NCBI GenBank assembly: GCA_965219385.1
Contig: CBDCNM010000001.1
Location: 1,166,631-1,230,630 of the forward strand
DNA from: Candidatus Latescibacterota bacterium
GTDB taxonomy: Bacteria; Latescibacterota; UBA2968; UBA8231
Length of the DNA: 64,000 bases
Reading direction: 5' to 3'
The notes beneath the pieces were generated by a model, which saw only the letters and a list, made by a program, of their open reading frames with translations, was not told the DNA's origin and did no database searches. Each line of letters begins with the position of its first letter. Within the stretch, counting starts at the first letter, position 1. Below are positions 10,103 through 20,555 of the stretch, piece after piece. The position numbers and the translations under genes were made by a program.

Positions 10103-10397
10103 GCAAGTACCGATAGCTTGCAGCCGAGCCTCAAGGGCGCAACAGCCCGGACACGGACGAAAAAACCAAACCGACCGACTCGGGCGCCTTGATCGGCGGC
10201 GGTGCCCCACACGCCGATGCGTAAACCCATCGTATCCACCAACAGGGGCCACTTGCGCCGGTTGCTCTTTCTCAAGTAGCCCGCCGGGCGCCTCGGCGCC
10301 AGAATTCCACCCGTTATCACCGGGACGCGATCTAGTACATGCTTTCCCTGTCCGTGATCGGGCACCAGCGCGAGGTGGCCTCGGTTTACAAGTATAA

Positions 10398-11312
10398 TCA
10401 ATCCAAACCATCCGCCTGGTGCTTTCGCCGCAGTTCCCGCGACCATTCAAAGTAGTCATCCAGACGGGTCAGCTCGAACTCCTCGACGATATCCGCGGCC
10501 GAGCGCTTTTTTGACTGGCTGTAGAGCACCGAGGTCCCCACCTTGCCGGCAGTCACAATATTCACCTCGGCTCCGTACTGGCGCTTGATCTTGTCGTACT
10601 GCGCCCGGTTCCTGTCCAGGTGCACCACTTCGTAGTCCAGATTGATCCGCGCCGTGGCCCAGGGCTGATAATTGTTGCTCTCCGCCAGGGTGGTGCCCTG
10701 GGGATCTATGATGGAGCAGGGCGTGCCCCGGTAGACCGACCCAACGAAGAAAGCCCGTGTGTCCAGGGCCCACCAGTTCTGCACCAGTCCTCCGTGGTAC
10801 ATGGAACTGAAGAGCAACAGCCGTGGCTTTAATTTCTTGTACTGCTCGCGCAATTCCCCAAAGTTCAGATCAAAGCAGATCACCCCTCCGACCGGACCAA
10901 ACTCGGTATCAATCAGGGTAGCGCCCGGGCCGGGCCGGGTTCCATGATCGAACTCGGGATAGACCGGGATGTACTTGCGGTAGATCCCGGCCAGCTTGCC
11001 CCTGCGGTCCAGCAGGGCCAACACATTGTATACCTGCCCGGTCTTGCGCTCCTTCTGGTGCACCGGCACGGTGATATAGCAGTTGTGCTTTTTCGCCAGA
11101 TTAGCCAGCACCCGGGTGGTGCGCCCTCCAGGGACGTACTCGTCGAACTGCCCGCAGATGGTCTCCGGCAGCGCAATCAGGTCCGGATGGGTGGCCCGGG
11201 CGCATTCTCCAACCAGGTTCTTGAGATCTTTGTGGGTCTGTGGCACCACCTCTTTTTCGCCGCCGCTGATCGGCGCATAGGAAATGCTTGAAACCGTCAG
11301 AAAGTTGCTCAT
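10398..11312 (-). CDS. Carbon-nitrogen hydrolase (nitrilase superfamily)
   Basis: E-K-C triad motifs ALPE, YRK and ICFDLNF; start placed at ATG 11312 after a GGAG RBS. Confidence 0.85.
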   Translation of the reverse strand: MSNFLTVSSISYAPISGGEKEVVPQTHKDLKNLVGECARATHPDLIALPETICGQFDEYVPGGRTTRVLANLAKKHNCYITVPVHQKERKTGQVYNVLALLDRRGKLAGIYRKYIPVYPEFDHGTRPGPGATLIDTEFGPVGGVICFDLNFGELREQYKKLKPRLLLFSSMYHGGLVQNWWALDTRAFFVGSVYRGTPCSIIDPQGTTLAESNNYQPWATARINLDYEVVHLDRNRAQYDKIKRQYGAEVNIVTAGKVGTSVLYSQSKKRSAADIVEEFELTRLDDYFEWSRELRRKHQADGLD

Positions 11313-11548
11313 TGCCGCTCCCTTTCTCTTTGGGATTGCTTCTCGACGTGTAGCTTTGCCCTGGATACCTTTCAAAATTCTTTCTTCTTTAGAATATAGG
11401 TTTGTTTTCAGGAGGTTTCCATGAAATGCCAACCTCCTTGCAAAAATTAAAAAATTAGTTGCCAGGGTCCGGGTTCGGCTTTATTATTCTGGTAGTCGGG
11501 TCGTCGTGCAGAGGATTCGAACACCCAACCAAATTCTGGACGGATAAA

Positions 11549-11839
11549 ATGGCAGAAACCATTGACGAACTAACCATCCAATACGAAGAAGGAGGCCGGG
11601 TCCTGCGCCAGCAATTGGACAAAGAGGTCCTGAGCAAAGGTTCCTGGACCACCATCATGTTCCTCTATCAGGATCTGGACCGCAAAAGCGGAGATTACGG
11701 CCCGCACAAAGTCTCCATACGCCGCTTTCAAAAGCGCGAAGGGGTCTACCTCCAGCGCGGCAAATTCGAGATCTCCAGCGTCGCCCAGGCCCGGGCCATT
11801 TGCCACAAAATCCACGACTGGTTCCCCGAAGAAGAATAG
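11549..11839 (+). CDS. Small hypothetical protein (96 aa)
   Basis: Protein-like composition (MAETIDELTIQYEEGG...SKGSWTTIMFLYQD); occupies the gap at the head of a + strand gene run. Confidence 0.7.
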   Translation: MAETIDELTIQYEEGGRVLRQQLDKEVLSKGSWTTIMFLYQDLDRKSGDYGPHKVSIRRFQKREGVYLQRGKFEISSVAQARAICHKIHDWFPEEE

Positions 11840-11888
11840 CCCTTCGAGCGAGCGGGCCGTGACGTTTGCGCTTCGCGGAGTACTTGTC

Positions 11889-12512
11889 ATGAGACCTCTT
11901 CTACTGGTCAGCCTGGGGGTTTTCATCCTCGCCCTGCCGCTTTCCTCAGAGGTAGAACAGCAAGCTACCTCTTTGCCGGAAGACGCCGGTATGGTGCGCA
12001 TCGACGATTTCTACATTGATAAATACGAGTACCCCAACCGCAAGGGCGCCCTACCGCGGGTAGATATTACCTGGGCCGAAGCCCGGGCCCTGTGCCAGAA
12101 GCGCGGCAAACGGCTGTGCTCGGGAAGCGAATGGGAAAAGGCCTGCAAGGGCCCCCGCAACCATCTTTACAGCTATGGGCCGGCCTTTGAACAAGGTCGC
12201 TGCAATACCCCTTACAAGGAAGGCGAGATCTGGAAAAGGGGGCCTGGACCAGCGCCCAGCGGGCGCTTTGCAGGGTGTAGCAATGACTATGGCGTCTTCG
12301 ACATGATCGGCAACGTGTGGGAATGGACCGCCGAGCTGTACTCGCCCCCAAAGGAATGGCGCGTGATTCGCGGCGGCTCCTGGTTCCACAGCGTCAATCT
12401 GGCTCGAGCCGACGTCCGCTATGGTCGCTTCCTCGGCCCTGATTACCGGCTGGATCTGGTCGGTTTGCGCTGCTGCCGTTCGGTTTCCGAGGTGGAACCG
12501 GGTCGGGAATAA
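11889..12512 (+). CDS. Secreted FGE-sulfatase (SUMF1-like) domain protein
   Basis: Signal peptide; FYIDKYE, KRLC...EWEKAC, YGVFDMIGNVWEW, RGGSW and GLRCC motifs. Confidence 0.85.
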   Translation: MRPLLLVSLGVFILALPLSSEVEQQATSLPEDAGMVRIDDFYIDKYEYPNRKGALPRVDITWAEARALCQKRGKRLCSGSEWEKACKGPRNHLYSYGPAFEQGRCNTPYKEGEIWKRGPGPAPSGRFAGCSNDYGVFDMIGNVWEWTAELYSPPKEWRVIRGGSWFHSVNLARADVRYGRFLGPDYRLDLVGLRCCRSVSEVEPGRE

Positions 12513-12612
12513 TCCTGGACGAATTTTACCGCTACTGGCAACATTCCGAAGAGTAGTTTCTTCTAGTAAATATTGAAGATACCCCCAGACGATCCGCATC
12601 CGCGGGACGATC

Positions 12613-12641
12613 TTGACAATTGCCTGAGCCCGGTGTATACT
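12613..12641 (+). promoter_or_regulatory. Sigma70-type promoter
   Basis: TTGACA-17 bp-TATACT, about 70 bp upstream of the ATG at 12711. Confidence 0.8.
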
Positions 12642-12710
12642 AGTGCCAGTCTGGTCGTTCGGCTGCGGTAGCAGCCTGTATTTCCCCTTCTGCTCCAGCC
12701 CCAAAGGCTT

Positions 12711-15700
12711 ATGGATCCCAGGTTTGAATTAGAACAAGGCACCGGCATTTTCACCGGTAATGAACTGCTGGTAAAGGGCGCCCTGGAGTGCGGGATCGGC
12801 GAAATCACGGGATATCCTGGTTCCCCCTTGGCCGAACTTTTCGATACCCTCGAAAAGATACGCGAACTGCTCAATCAGCACGGTATTGCCGCTCAGATCG
12901 CCAACAACGAAGCCATGGCCGCAGCCCGCCTGAACGGCGCCCAGATGGCCAATGTCCGGGCCATGGCGGTCATGAAAAGCGTGGGCATGCACGTGGCCGC
13001 GGACGGCCTGGCCCTGGGCAATATGGCCGGAGCTACACCCGGAGCCGGGGCCCTGGTGGTGGTGGGAGACGATACCTGGTCGGAGAGCACCCAGGTGCCG
13101 GCCGATTCCCGCTTCCTGGCGCAACACCTCTACATGCCGGTAGTAGAACCTGCCACCTTTCAGGAAATCAAGGACTGGGTCGGGGTGGCCTTTGAACTCT
13201 CCCAGCAGACCGGGCTCTATATCACCTATCTGGTCACCTCCAACCAGGCCGATGGCGGCGGCAGCGTCGAGGTCTATCCGAACCGCTTCCCCGACCTCAA
13301 TACCCGGAACCGGATCAGCATCGATACCCAGACCATTTCCTCGGACGAACGGGTCATCATTCCGCCGGCCACCGCCCTCAAAGAGCAGCAAGTTATGGCC
13401 GAACGCTACCCCAGACTCCTGGATCTGGGGCGTGAAAAGGGCGTCAACCAGATCCTCGATCCCCCTTCCGCGGAGCCGACCCTCGGTTTTATAACCTCCG
13501 GCCTATCCTACACCTATCTCGAACACGCCCTGCACATCCTCGGGCTTTCCAGGCGTTTCCCGATCCTGAAACTCGGCATCACCTACCCGGTTGATCCCGA
13601 AATAATCGCCGCGTTCGCCTCTCGGGTCGGGCACCTGTGCGTAGTCGAGGAAAAACGCCCCTTTATCGAGCCGCAGGTGGCCTCCCTCCTGACTCGCCTG
13701 CGCCAGGAGGGAAGGGTAGCCGATATCCCCCTGTGGGGCAAGAACTTTCCCAATGGCAAGGGGTTCCCCGCGACCATGGGGCTCCATCCCTCTCTGACCC
13801 TCCAGCACCTGTCCCGTCTGTTGGCGGAGATCGACCCTTTGCTGATGGACCCGGTCCCGGTGCCGAACGGATTGGACCGGCTCGAGGACAAAGCCAGGCC
13901 GGCCGCGCCGGTCCCGCCCCGGACTCCTTCCTTTTGCCCGGGCTGCCCGCACCGCGATTCGGCCAGCGTGCTGAAGAAAACCGCGCAGGACTTCGCCGAC
14001 CCCGAGTACATGAAAAAACAGGGCTGCCAGACCACGGACCTGGTCTTCCACGGCGATATCGGCTGTTATTCCATGCTCAAATACGCCCCTTTTTCGCGCC
14101 TGATGCACAACCTTTCGGGCATGGGGCTGGGGGGAGCCACTGGCGCTGGTATCGATCCCTTTATCGACAACAAACAACTGGTCTTCATGGGAGATTCCAC
14201 CTTCTTCCACACCGGGGTCACCGCCATTTCCGATTCCATCAAGAACGACCAGGATCTCACCTATGTCATCCTCGACAACAAAACCACGGCTATGACCGGG
14301 CACCAGCCCACCCCCGGCGTGGACGTGGACATTCTCGGACGGCCGACCTTTGCCCAGGACATCGAGCGCGTGGTCCGCGGTCTGGCCGGGGACAGCACCA
14401 TCTCCATCTCCCGCATCAACCCGGCCAACCGCCGCGAGTACCGGTCCATGATCGAGGCGACCTTGTTGCGCCCGGGGGTCAAAATCGTCATCGCCGACAA
14501 GGAGTGCGGCATCACCTACCAGCGCCGGGAGCGGGCCCGGAAAGCGGCCATCGTCGCCGCCAAAGGCTTTGTCCCGGTCGAACGCCACATCAACATCAGT
14601 GAAGACGTGTGCGAGTACTGTCTGGAATGTACCAAAGCTACAGGGTGCAGCGGCTTGACGGTCAAGCGCCAGACCAACTATGGTCCCAAGATCGCCATTG
14701 ATCTTTCTTCCTGTGTCACCGACGGTGCCTGTACCCGGGTCGAGGTCGACCAGGGGGATAAAACCTGTCCATCCTTCGAGGAAATTACCATCCATCGCCA
14801 ACAGCCGCCGAAAATCGAGTTGCCCCCAACAGATGTGGGCCAGCTCCCGGAGCCGGAGATCCCCCCGCTGGAGGATATCTGGTATACCTATATCGCCGGC
14901 GTCGGCGGCATGGGCATCAATCTGGTGGCTTCGCTCCTGGCCCAGGCCGGAGTGCGCCAGGGTTATCAAGTCCGCCTGACCAACAAAAAAGGCCTGGCCA
15001 TTCGCAACGGCTCGGTCTACTCCCACCTCAGCTATGCGCCCCAACACCAGGTTATCTCGCCGCTGGTGCCCAACGGCATGGCCGACCTCCTGCTGGGTCT
15101 CGACCTGCTGGAGGCGGCCCGCGGGGTCGATCCCCGGGAGCGCAACCAGGCCGCCAGCCGGGAGCGCACCGCCGCCGTGGTCAATACCTTCAAGACCCCG
15201 ACCATCAACACCTTGATCGGCGAGGAAGACTTCGATCCAGAGGCCATGGCTACCCTGATCCGGGAGCACACCCACCCCGAAACCTACTTCGGCATGGATT
15301 TGTTCCAGATTTCCGAGACCTATCTGGGCAACAAGCTCTACGCCAATATCATGATGCTGGGCGTAGCCTACCAGCGCGGTCTGCTGCCGCTGGATCTCGA
15401 AAATCTCGAGTGGGCCATGAAAATAGCGGTGCGTCGCGACTTCGACACCAACAGGAAGGCCTTCGCCATGGGGCGCCGTCTGGCTCTGGATGCCGATTAC
15501 TTTGCCGCGGCGGAAAAACCCCGGACCTATCAAGCCCTGGTGCAGGAAAAAACCGCCCGGCTGCGCCAGACCCACACCGACGGCACCGCCCGGCGCTATG
15601 CCCGGCGACTCCGGGAAGTCCCGGCCGGCATGAACCTGGACGAGGAGACCCGCCGGCACTTTGCCCTGCGGGTCTACGACCTGATCCAGTACGAAAATTT

Positions 15701-16304
15701 CACCTTGGCGGAAAAATACATCCAGCAGGTCCAGTGGACCTACCAGCGGGATACGGGACAATTCTCATACGCGGCGACCCGTGCGGTGATCCACTACCTG
15801 GCCAAGGTTTTGATCATCAAAGACGAGGTTTACGTGGCCTACCTGCTCACCTGCGAGGAGAAGTACCAGCGGGATCGCGAGCGCTACAACATCGATCCGA
15901 CCCGGGGGGACCGCGTGGTCTACCACCACCTCACCCGGCCCCATTTCAAACTCTTCGGCAAGGATTTCCGGCCGGATCTCAAAACCCGCGACTGGCAGCT
16001 GCGCCTGATGCGCAAAATGAAGTTCCTGCGGCGCCTGTTTTCCGCCTGGTGGCACCGGGAGGAACGCGACTTCATTGACTGGTACACGGATCTGCTAAAA
16101 GGCTTTAACTACGCCAATGAAGAAGAATACCGCACCTGGGTAAAGGCGCTGGAGCTGCCCGAGGAAGTGAGGGGCTATCGCACGGTGCGCCGGCCCAAAA
16201 TGGAGGCCGCCCGCCGGCGCGCCGAGGAGTTGCTCGCCCGCCGTCCCTCAACCCGATCCCCCGACCTGCTGGAAATCGAGCCGGCGACAACGGTTTCGAC
16301 CTGA
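12711..16304 (+). CDS. Indolepyruvate/2-oxoacid:ferredoxin oxidoreductase, fused single-chain form
   Basis: GYPGSP, FCPGCPHR, GDIGCY, TPP-binding GDSTFFH...LDNKTTAMTG, ferredoxin-like Cys cluster, gamma-type GVGGMG, C-terminal IKDEVYVA region. Confidence 0.9.
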   Translation: MDPRFELEQGTGIFTGNELLVKGALECGIGEITGYPGSPLAELFDTLEKIRELLNQHGIAAQIANNEAMAAARLNGAQMANVRAMAVMKSVGMHVAADGLALGNMAGATPGAGALVVVGDDTWSESTQVPADSRFLAQHLYMPVVEPATFQEIKDWVGVAFELSQQTGLYITYLVTSNQADGGGSVEVYPNRFPDLNTRNRISIDTQTISSDERVIIPPATALKEQQVMAERYPRLLDLGREKGVNQILDPPSAEPTLGFITSGLSYTYLEHALHILGLSRRFPILKLGITYPVDPEIIAAFASRVGHLCVVEEKRPFIEPQVASLLTRLRQEGRVADIPLWGKNFPNGKGFPATMGLHPSLTLQHLSRLLAEIDPLLMDPVPVPNGLDRLEDKARPAAPVPPRTPSFCPGCPHRDSASVLKKTAQDFADPEYMKKQGCQTTDLVFHGDIGCYSMLKYAPFSRLMHNLSGMGLGGATGAGIDPFIDNKQLVFMGDSTFFHTGVTAISDSIKNDQDLTYVILDNKTTAMTGHQPTPGVDVDILGRPTFAQDIERVVRGLAGDSTISISRINPANRREYRSMIEATLLRPGVKIVIADKECGITYQRRERARKAAIVAAKGFVPVERHINISEDVCEYCLECTKATGCSGLTVKRQTNYGPKIAIDLSSCVTDGACTRVEVDQGDKTCPSFEEITIHRQQPPKIELPPTDVGQLPEPEIPPLEDIWYTYIAGVGGMGINLVASLLAQAGVRQGYQVRLTNKKGLAIRNGSVYSHLSYAPQHQVISPLVPNGMADLLLGLDLLEAARGVDPRERNQAASRERTAAVVNTFKTPTINTLIGEEDFDPEAMATLIREHTHPETYFGMDLFQISETYLGNKLYANIMMLGVAYQRGLLPLDLENLEWAMKIAVRRDFDTNRKAFAMGRRLALDADYFAAAEKPRTYQALVQEKTARLRQTHTDGTARRYARRLREVPAGMNLDEETRRHFALRVYDLIQYENFTLAEKYIQQVQWTYQRDTGQFSYAATRAVIHYLAKVLIIKDEVYVAYLLTCEEKYQRDRERYNIDPTRGDRVVYHHLTRPHFKLFGKDFRPDLKTRDWQLRLMRKMKFLRRLFSAWWHREERDFIDWYTDLLKGFNYANEEEYRTWVKALELPEEVRGYRTVRRPKMEAARRRAEELLARRPSTRSPDLLEIEPATTVST

Positions 16305-16325
16305 AGGCGGGGCGACGAGACCGTC

Positions 16326-16793
16326 ATGATCAGGACCTACTGTCCCGCGGACCTGAAAGCCCTCAAGGAGATCACGGCGATCTGTTTCGAGGCCGTCTCC
16401 ATCGACCGCAATATCGAACAGCGGTTCGGTGCCATCGGCGGCCGCGACTGGCGCTGGCGCAAACTCCGCCACATCGACGCCGACGTGGAAGGGGATCGCG
16501 CCAGGGGGGTTTTCGTCTGCGAACTGGATGGCCAGGTGGTCGGCTACATCACCGCCCGCGTGGATCCGCACAGCAAGATCGGCTGGATTCCCAATATGGC
16601 AGTGCTGCCCGCTTTCCAGGGACAGGGCATCGGCAAAAACCTGGTGCAGGCGGCCCTGGATTTCCTGCGCCGGCAGGACATGGAATGCGTCAAAATCGAG
16701 ACCCTGGAACAAAACCAGATCGGCTCGCGGTTCTACCCTGGCCTAGGCTTCCAGGAGGTCGCCCGTCAGATCCACTACCTCATGCGCTTGTGA
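16326..16793 (+). CDS. GNAT family N-acetyltransferase
   Basis: Acetyl-CoA motif AVLPAFQGQGIG and RFY..LGF. Confidence 0.85.
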   Translation: MIRTYCPADLKALKEITAICFEAVSIDRNIEQRFGAIGGRDWRWRKLRHIDADVEGDRARGVFVCELDGQVVGYITARVDPHSKIGWIPNMAVLPAFQGQGIGKNLVQAALDFLRRQDMECVKIETLEQNQIGSRFYPGLGFQEVARQIHYLMRL

Positions 16794-16800
16794 GGCCCTC

Positions 16801-17490
16801 GTGAACCTCAAGGAACTGGCCGGCCGCAAAGCCGCGCAATACGTAAACGAAGGCATGGTGGTGGGCCTGGGCTCGGGCTCCACCGCCACCTACGCCATCC
16901 AGGCCCTCGGGGAGCGCGTGGCCCAGGGCCTGCGGATCCGGGCCCTCTCCACCTCCGAGGCCTCCACTCGCCTGGCGGAGGAACTGGGCATCGAGCTGGT
17001 CACCTTTGAAGAGCAGCTGGTCGTCGATCTGACCATTGACGGGGCCGATGAAGTGGATCTGGACCTCAATCTTATCAAGGGTCTGGGCGGCGCCTTGTTG
17101 CGGGAGAAAATCGTGGCGGCGGCCAGCACCCGCGAAATCATCGTCGTCGATCCTGCCAAACTCGTCCCCGTGCTCGGCACCCGCTCCCCCCTGCCCGTGG
17201 AGGTCCTCCCCTTCGGCTGGCCCCTGGCCCAGGGCCACCTCGTGGAACAGGAACAGGGCCTGCGCGCGGAGTTGCGTTTGACCCCGAGTGGGGAGGAGCC
17301 CTACGAGACCGACAACGGGAATTTCATCCTGGACTGCCATTTCCCCCACGGAATCGACGATGCGGCAGCTACCGAAAGCCGCATCAATACCATCCCCAGC
17401 GTGGTCGACAACGGTCTCTTTGTCGGCCTGGCCGACCTGGTGATCATCGGCGAAGAAAGCGGCGACTACCGCCTGCTGGAACGGTCCTAG
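16801..17490 (+). CDS. rpiA: Ribose-5-phosphate isomerase A
   Basis: GLGSGST, DGADEVD, IKGLGGALLREKI and TDNGNFILD motifs. Confidence 0.97.
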   Translation: MNLKELAGRKAAQYVNEGMVVGLGSGSTATYAIQALGERVAQGLRIRALSTSEASTRLAEELGIELVTFEEQLVVDLTIDGADEVDLDLNLIKGLGGALLREKIVAAASTREIIVVDPAKLVPVLGTRSPLPVEVLPFGWPLAQGHLVEQEQGLRAELRLTPSGEEPYETDNGNFILDCHFPHGIDDAAATESRINTIPSVVDNGLFVGLADLVIIGEESGDYRLLERS

Positions 17491-17515
17491 ACCCTTTCCC
17501 CAAGGAGCGCACCCC

Positions 17516-18658
17516 ATGAATCGGGAAAACACCCCGCAAGACAAGGCACCCGCGCGCAGAGAGTTTTTCAAACGGGCCGGACTGGTCTCTGCCGCCGCCC
17601 TCGCCGGCGTTTCCTGCAGCAAGCCCCAACAGTCTGCGCCGCAGGTACAGACCCGGAAAACCTACGAGTGGAAGATGGTGACGACCTGGCCCAAGAATTT
17701 CCCCGGGCTGGGCACCGGGGCCAACTACCTGGCCAGAATCATCGAGGAAATGTCGGCAGGGCGGATCAAGGTCAAGGTCTACGGAGGCGGGGAACTGGTC
17801 CCTCCCCTCGGCATATTCGACGCGGTCAGCCGCGGCACGGCCGAGATCGGTCACGGAGCCGCCTACTATTGGAAGGGCAAACACGAGGCCACCCAATTCT
17901 TCGCGGCGGTCCCCTTCGGCTTCAATGCCCTGGAGATCAACGGCTGGCTGCGCTATGGAGGGGGCCAGGAACTGTGGGATGAACTCTACGCCCAGTTCGG
18001 CCTGAAAGCCTTTGCCGCGGGCAATACCGGCGTGCAGATGGGCGGCTGGTTCAACAAGGAAATAAACCACACCTCCGACTTTGCCGGCCTGAAGATGCGC
18101 ATGCCCGGCCTGGGCGGCGAGGTGCTCTCCCGCCTCGACGCGGCGGTCTCCAATATTCCCGGCGGCGAAATCTTCCAGGCCCTGAAGACCGGGGTCATCG
18201 ACGCCACCGAGTGGGTCGGTCCGTACAACGATCTGGCTTTGGGTTTTTACCAGGCCGCCAAATACTACTACTGGCCAGGTTGGCACGAACCGGGCACGAG
18301 CCTGGAAGCCATGATCAACAAGAAGGCCTTCGATGCGCTGCCGGCCAATCTCAAGGCCATCGTAACCCGGGCCTGTCAGGCCGCCAACGAAGACATGCTG
18401 TCCGAGTTCGTCGCCCGCAACAGCGCCGCCCTGCAAACCCTGATCTCCGAACACGGGGTCCAGCTCAAACGCTTTCCAGACGAGGTGCTCAAGGAGCTGG
18501 GCCGCACCTCCAAGGAAGTGGTGGCCGAGGTCGCCGACAAGGATCCGTTTTCCCAAAAGGTATTCGAATCCTTCGACAAGTTCAGAGGGGAATCCGCGTC
18601 CTATACCAGGATCTCGGAAGAGGCCTACACCCTGGCCCGCACCCTGACCTTTGGATAA
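17516..18658 (+). CDS. TRAP transporter substrate-binding protein DctP (TakP-like), Tat-type signal with possible lipobox
   Basis: RREFFKR...LAGVSC, WKMVTTWPKNFPGLG, GLKMRMPGLGG and EWVGPYND motifs. Confidence 0.92.
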   Translation: MNRENTPQDKAPARREFFKRAGLVSAAALAGVSCSKPQQSAPQVQTRKTYEWKMVTTWPKNFPGLGTGANYLARIIEEMSAGRIKVKVYGGGELVPPLGIFDAVSRGTAEIGHGAAYYWKGKHEATQFFAAVPFGFNALEINGWLRYGGGQELWDELYAQFGLKAFAAGNTGVQMGGWFNKEINHTSDFAGLKMRMPGLGGEVLSRLDAAVSNIPGGEIFQALKTGVIDATEWVGPYNDLALGFYQAAKYYYWPGWHEPGTSLEAMINKKAFDALPANLKAIVTRACQAANEDMLSEFVARNSAALQTLISEHGVQLKRFPDEVLKELGRTSKEVVAEVADKDPFSQKVFESFDKFRGESASYTRISEEAYTLARTLTFG

Positions 18659-18664
18659 CCCGCC

Positions 18665-19138
18665 ATGGAGCGCCTCAACCAGATTGTGGGCAGGACCATT
18701 CCCTGGCTCGTCCTCTCGATGGTGCTTTTGACCTTCGCCATCGTGATCCTCCGCTACGCCTTCGAACGCAGCTGGATCTGGATGCAGGAAGGCGTGCTCT
18801 ACTTGCACGCCTTTGTCTTTTTGTTTGCCTCGGCCTACGCGCTTTCACGCGATGCCCACGTACGGGTCGACATCCTTTACCGCCCGATGTCGAAAAGAAA
18901 AAAAGCCCTGGTCGAACTTCTCGGCTCCCTGTGCCTGCTGCTCCCCAGTTGCGTGGTCATCTTTTACCAGTCCCTTCCCTTTGTTCTGGACTCCTGGCAC
19001 GTGCTCGAAGGCTCCAAGGACCCGGGCGGTCTGGATGCGGTTTTCATCCTCAAATCCGCCATCCTGATCTTCGCTTCTCTGCTCTTCCTCCAAGCCCTGT
19101 CCATCGTTCACCGCGGTTATTCCGCCCTGAAAACTTAA
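18665..19138 (+). CDS. TRAP transporter small permease DctQ
   Basis: Four hydrophobic segments, HVRVDILY motif, position between DctP and DctM. Confidence 0.9.
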   Translation: MERLNQIVGRTIPWLVLSMVLLTFAIVILRYAFERSWIWMQEGVLYLHAFVFLFASAYALSRDAHVRVDILYRPMSKRKKALVELLGSLCLLLPSCVVIFYQSLPFVLDSWHVLEGSKDPGGLDAVFILKSAILIFASLLFLQALSIVHRGYSALKT

Positions 19139-19144
19139 AACCCT

Positions 19145-20539
19145 GTGATGGACTTGCTGCCCCTGCTGCTGTTCGTCTGCACCTTTGCCGTCCTGCTCTC
19201 GGGCTTTCCCGTGGCCTTTTGCCTGGCGGGCACCGCCCTGCTCTTTGCCGGCATCGGCATCCTGACCGGTTTTTTCGACCCGGTTTTCCTGGCTGCTCTC
19301 CCGGAGCGAATCTTCGGCATCATGGTCAACGAGACCCTGCTCGCCGTCCCCCTTTTCGTCTTCATGGGCGTGGTCCTGGAGCGCTCTAAAATAGCCGAAG
19401 AGCTGCTGGAAACCATGGCGCTGCTCTTCGGCGGACTCAGAGGTGGTCTGGGCATTTCAGTATGCGTGGTGGGCGGTCTGCTCGCCGCTTCCACCGGGAT
19501 CGTGGGCGCCACGGTCGTGACCATGGGGCTCATCTCGCTGCCGGCCATGATGCAGCGCTGCTATTCGCCTTCCCTCTCGACCGGCATCATCTGCGCTTCC
19601 GGCACCCTGGGTCAGATCATCCCGCCCAGCATTATCCTGGTCATCCTGGGGGATGTCATCAGCTCTGCCTATCAACAAGCCCAGCTGGACATGGGCAATT
19701 TCGCCCCTCAATCGGTGTCTGTCGGGGACTTGTTTATGGGCGCCCTGCTCCCGGGCATCGCCCTGATGGGGCTCTACATCCTCTACATCCTCTTCACGGG
19801 CCTGTTCCGCCCCCAGCTCGTTCCGGCCATCCCCCCCGCGGAAAGGCCCGCCATCTTCAGTCCCGACTTTTTGCGCCGCTTGCTGATGGTCCTGGCCCCG
19901 CCCCTGATCCTGATCGTCGGCGTCCTGGGCTCCATCCTCCTGGGAATCGCCACCCCGACCGAGGCGGCCTCGGTCGGCGCGGTCGGGGCGTTGATGCTGG
20001 CGCTGCTCAAAAAGCAATTCACCCTGGACTCGCTCAAGGAAGCCATGCGCACCACCACCAAGATCAACGCCATGGTCTTCACCATCCTCATCGGCGCCAG
20101 TGTTTTTTCGCTGGTATTCCGCGGTTACGGTGGGGACGAGGTGGTCGAGCAGTTCTTGCTGAACATGATGGGCGGCGCCGTCGCATCCTTCGCGCTGGTG
20201 ATGGGCATCATGTTTTTGCTGGGATTTTTCCTGGATTTCTTCGAGATCATCTTTGTGGTGGTGCCCATCGTCGGCCCCATCCTGCTCAAGATGGGGCTCG
20301 ATCCAATCTGGCTGGGCGTGATGATCGCCATGAATCTGCAGACCTCTTTCCTGACCCCGCCCTTTGGCTTTTCCCTCTTTTACCTGCGCGGCGTGGCGCC
20401 CGGCAGCATCAGCACTCCGCAGATCTATCGGGGCGCCATTCCCTTCATCCTGATTCAACTGGTCATGCTGATCGGATTGTGGTTCTTCCCGGAGCTGGCT
20501 ACCCGGCTGCCGGCCCTGGTGTTTGCGGCTTCTCCCTGA
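19145..20539 (+). CDS. TRAP transporter large permease DctM
   Basis: LLAVPLFVFMG, GTLGQIIPPS, ATPTEAA and LTPPFG motifs. Confidence 0.95.
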   Translation: MMDLLPLLLFVCTFAVLLSGFPVAFCLAGTALLFAGIGILTGFFDPVFLAALPERIFGIMVNETLLAVPLFVFMGVVLERSKIAEELLETMALLFGGLRGGLGISVCVVGGLLAASTGIVGATVVTMGLISLPAMMQRCYSPSLSTGIICASGTLGQIIPPSIILVILGDVISSAYQQAQLDMGNFAPQSVSVGDLFMGALLPGIALMGLYILYILFTGLFRPQLVPAIPPAERPAIFSPDFLRRLLMVLAPPLILIVGVLGSILLGIATPTEAASVGAVGALMLALLKKQFTLDSLKEAMRTTTKINAMVFTILIGASVFSLVFRGYGGDEVVEQFLLNMMGGAVASFALVMGIMFLLGFFLDFFEIIFVVVPIVGPILLKMGLDPIWLGVMIAMNLQTSFLTPPFGFSLFYLRGVAPGSISTPQIYRGAIPFILIQLVMLIGLWFFPELATRLPALVFAASP

Positions 20540-20555
20540 TCCGGCGCCTGCCCTT

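Noticed and set aside
10120..10200. Possible structured RNA between convergent genes (TCAAGGGCGC...GCGCCTTGA)
   Set aside because: Imperfect GC-rich pairing only; no recognisable RNA family, and it cannot be distinguished from chance or a terminator.
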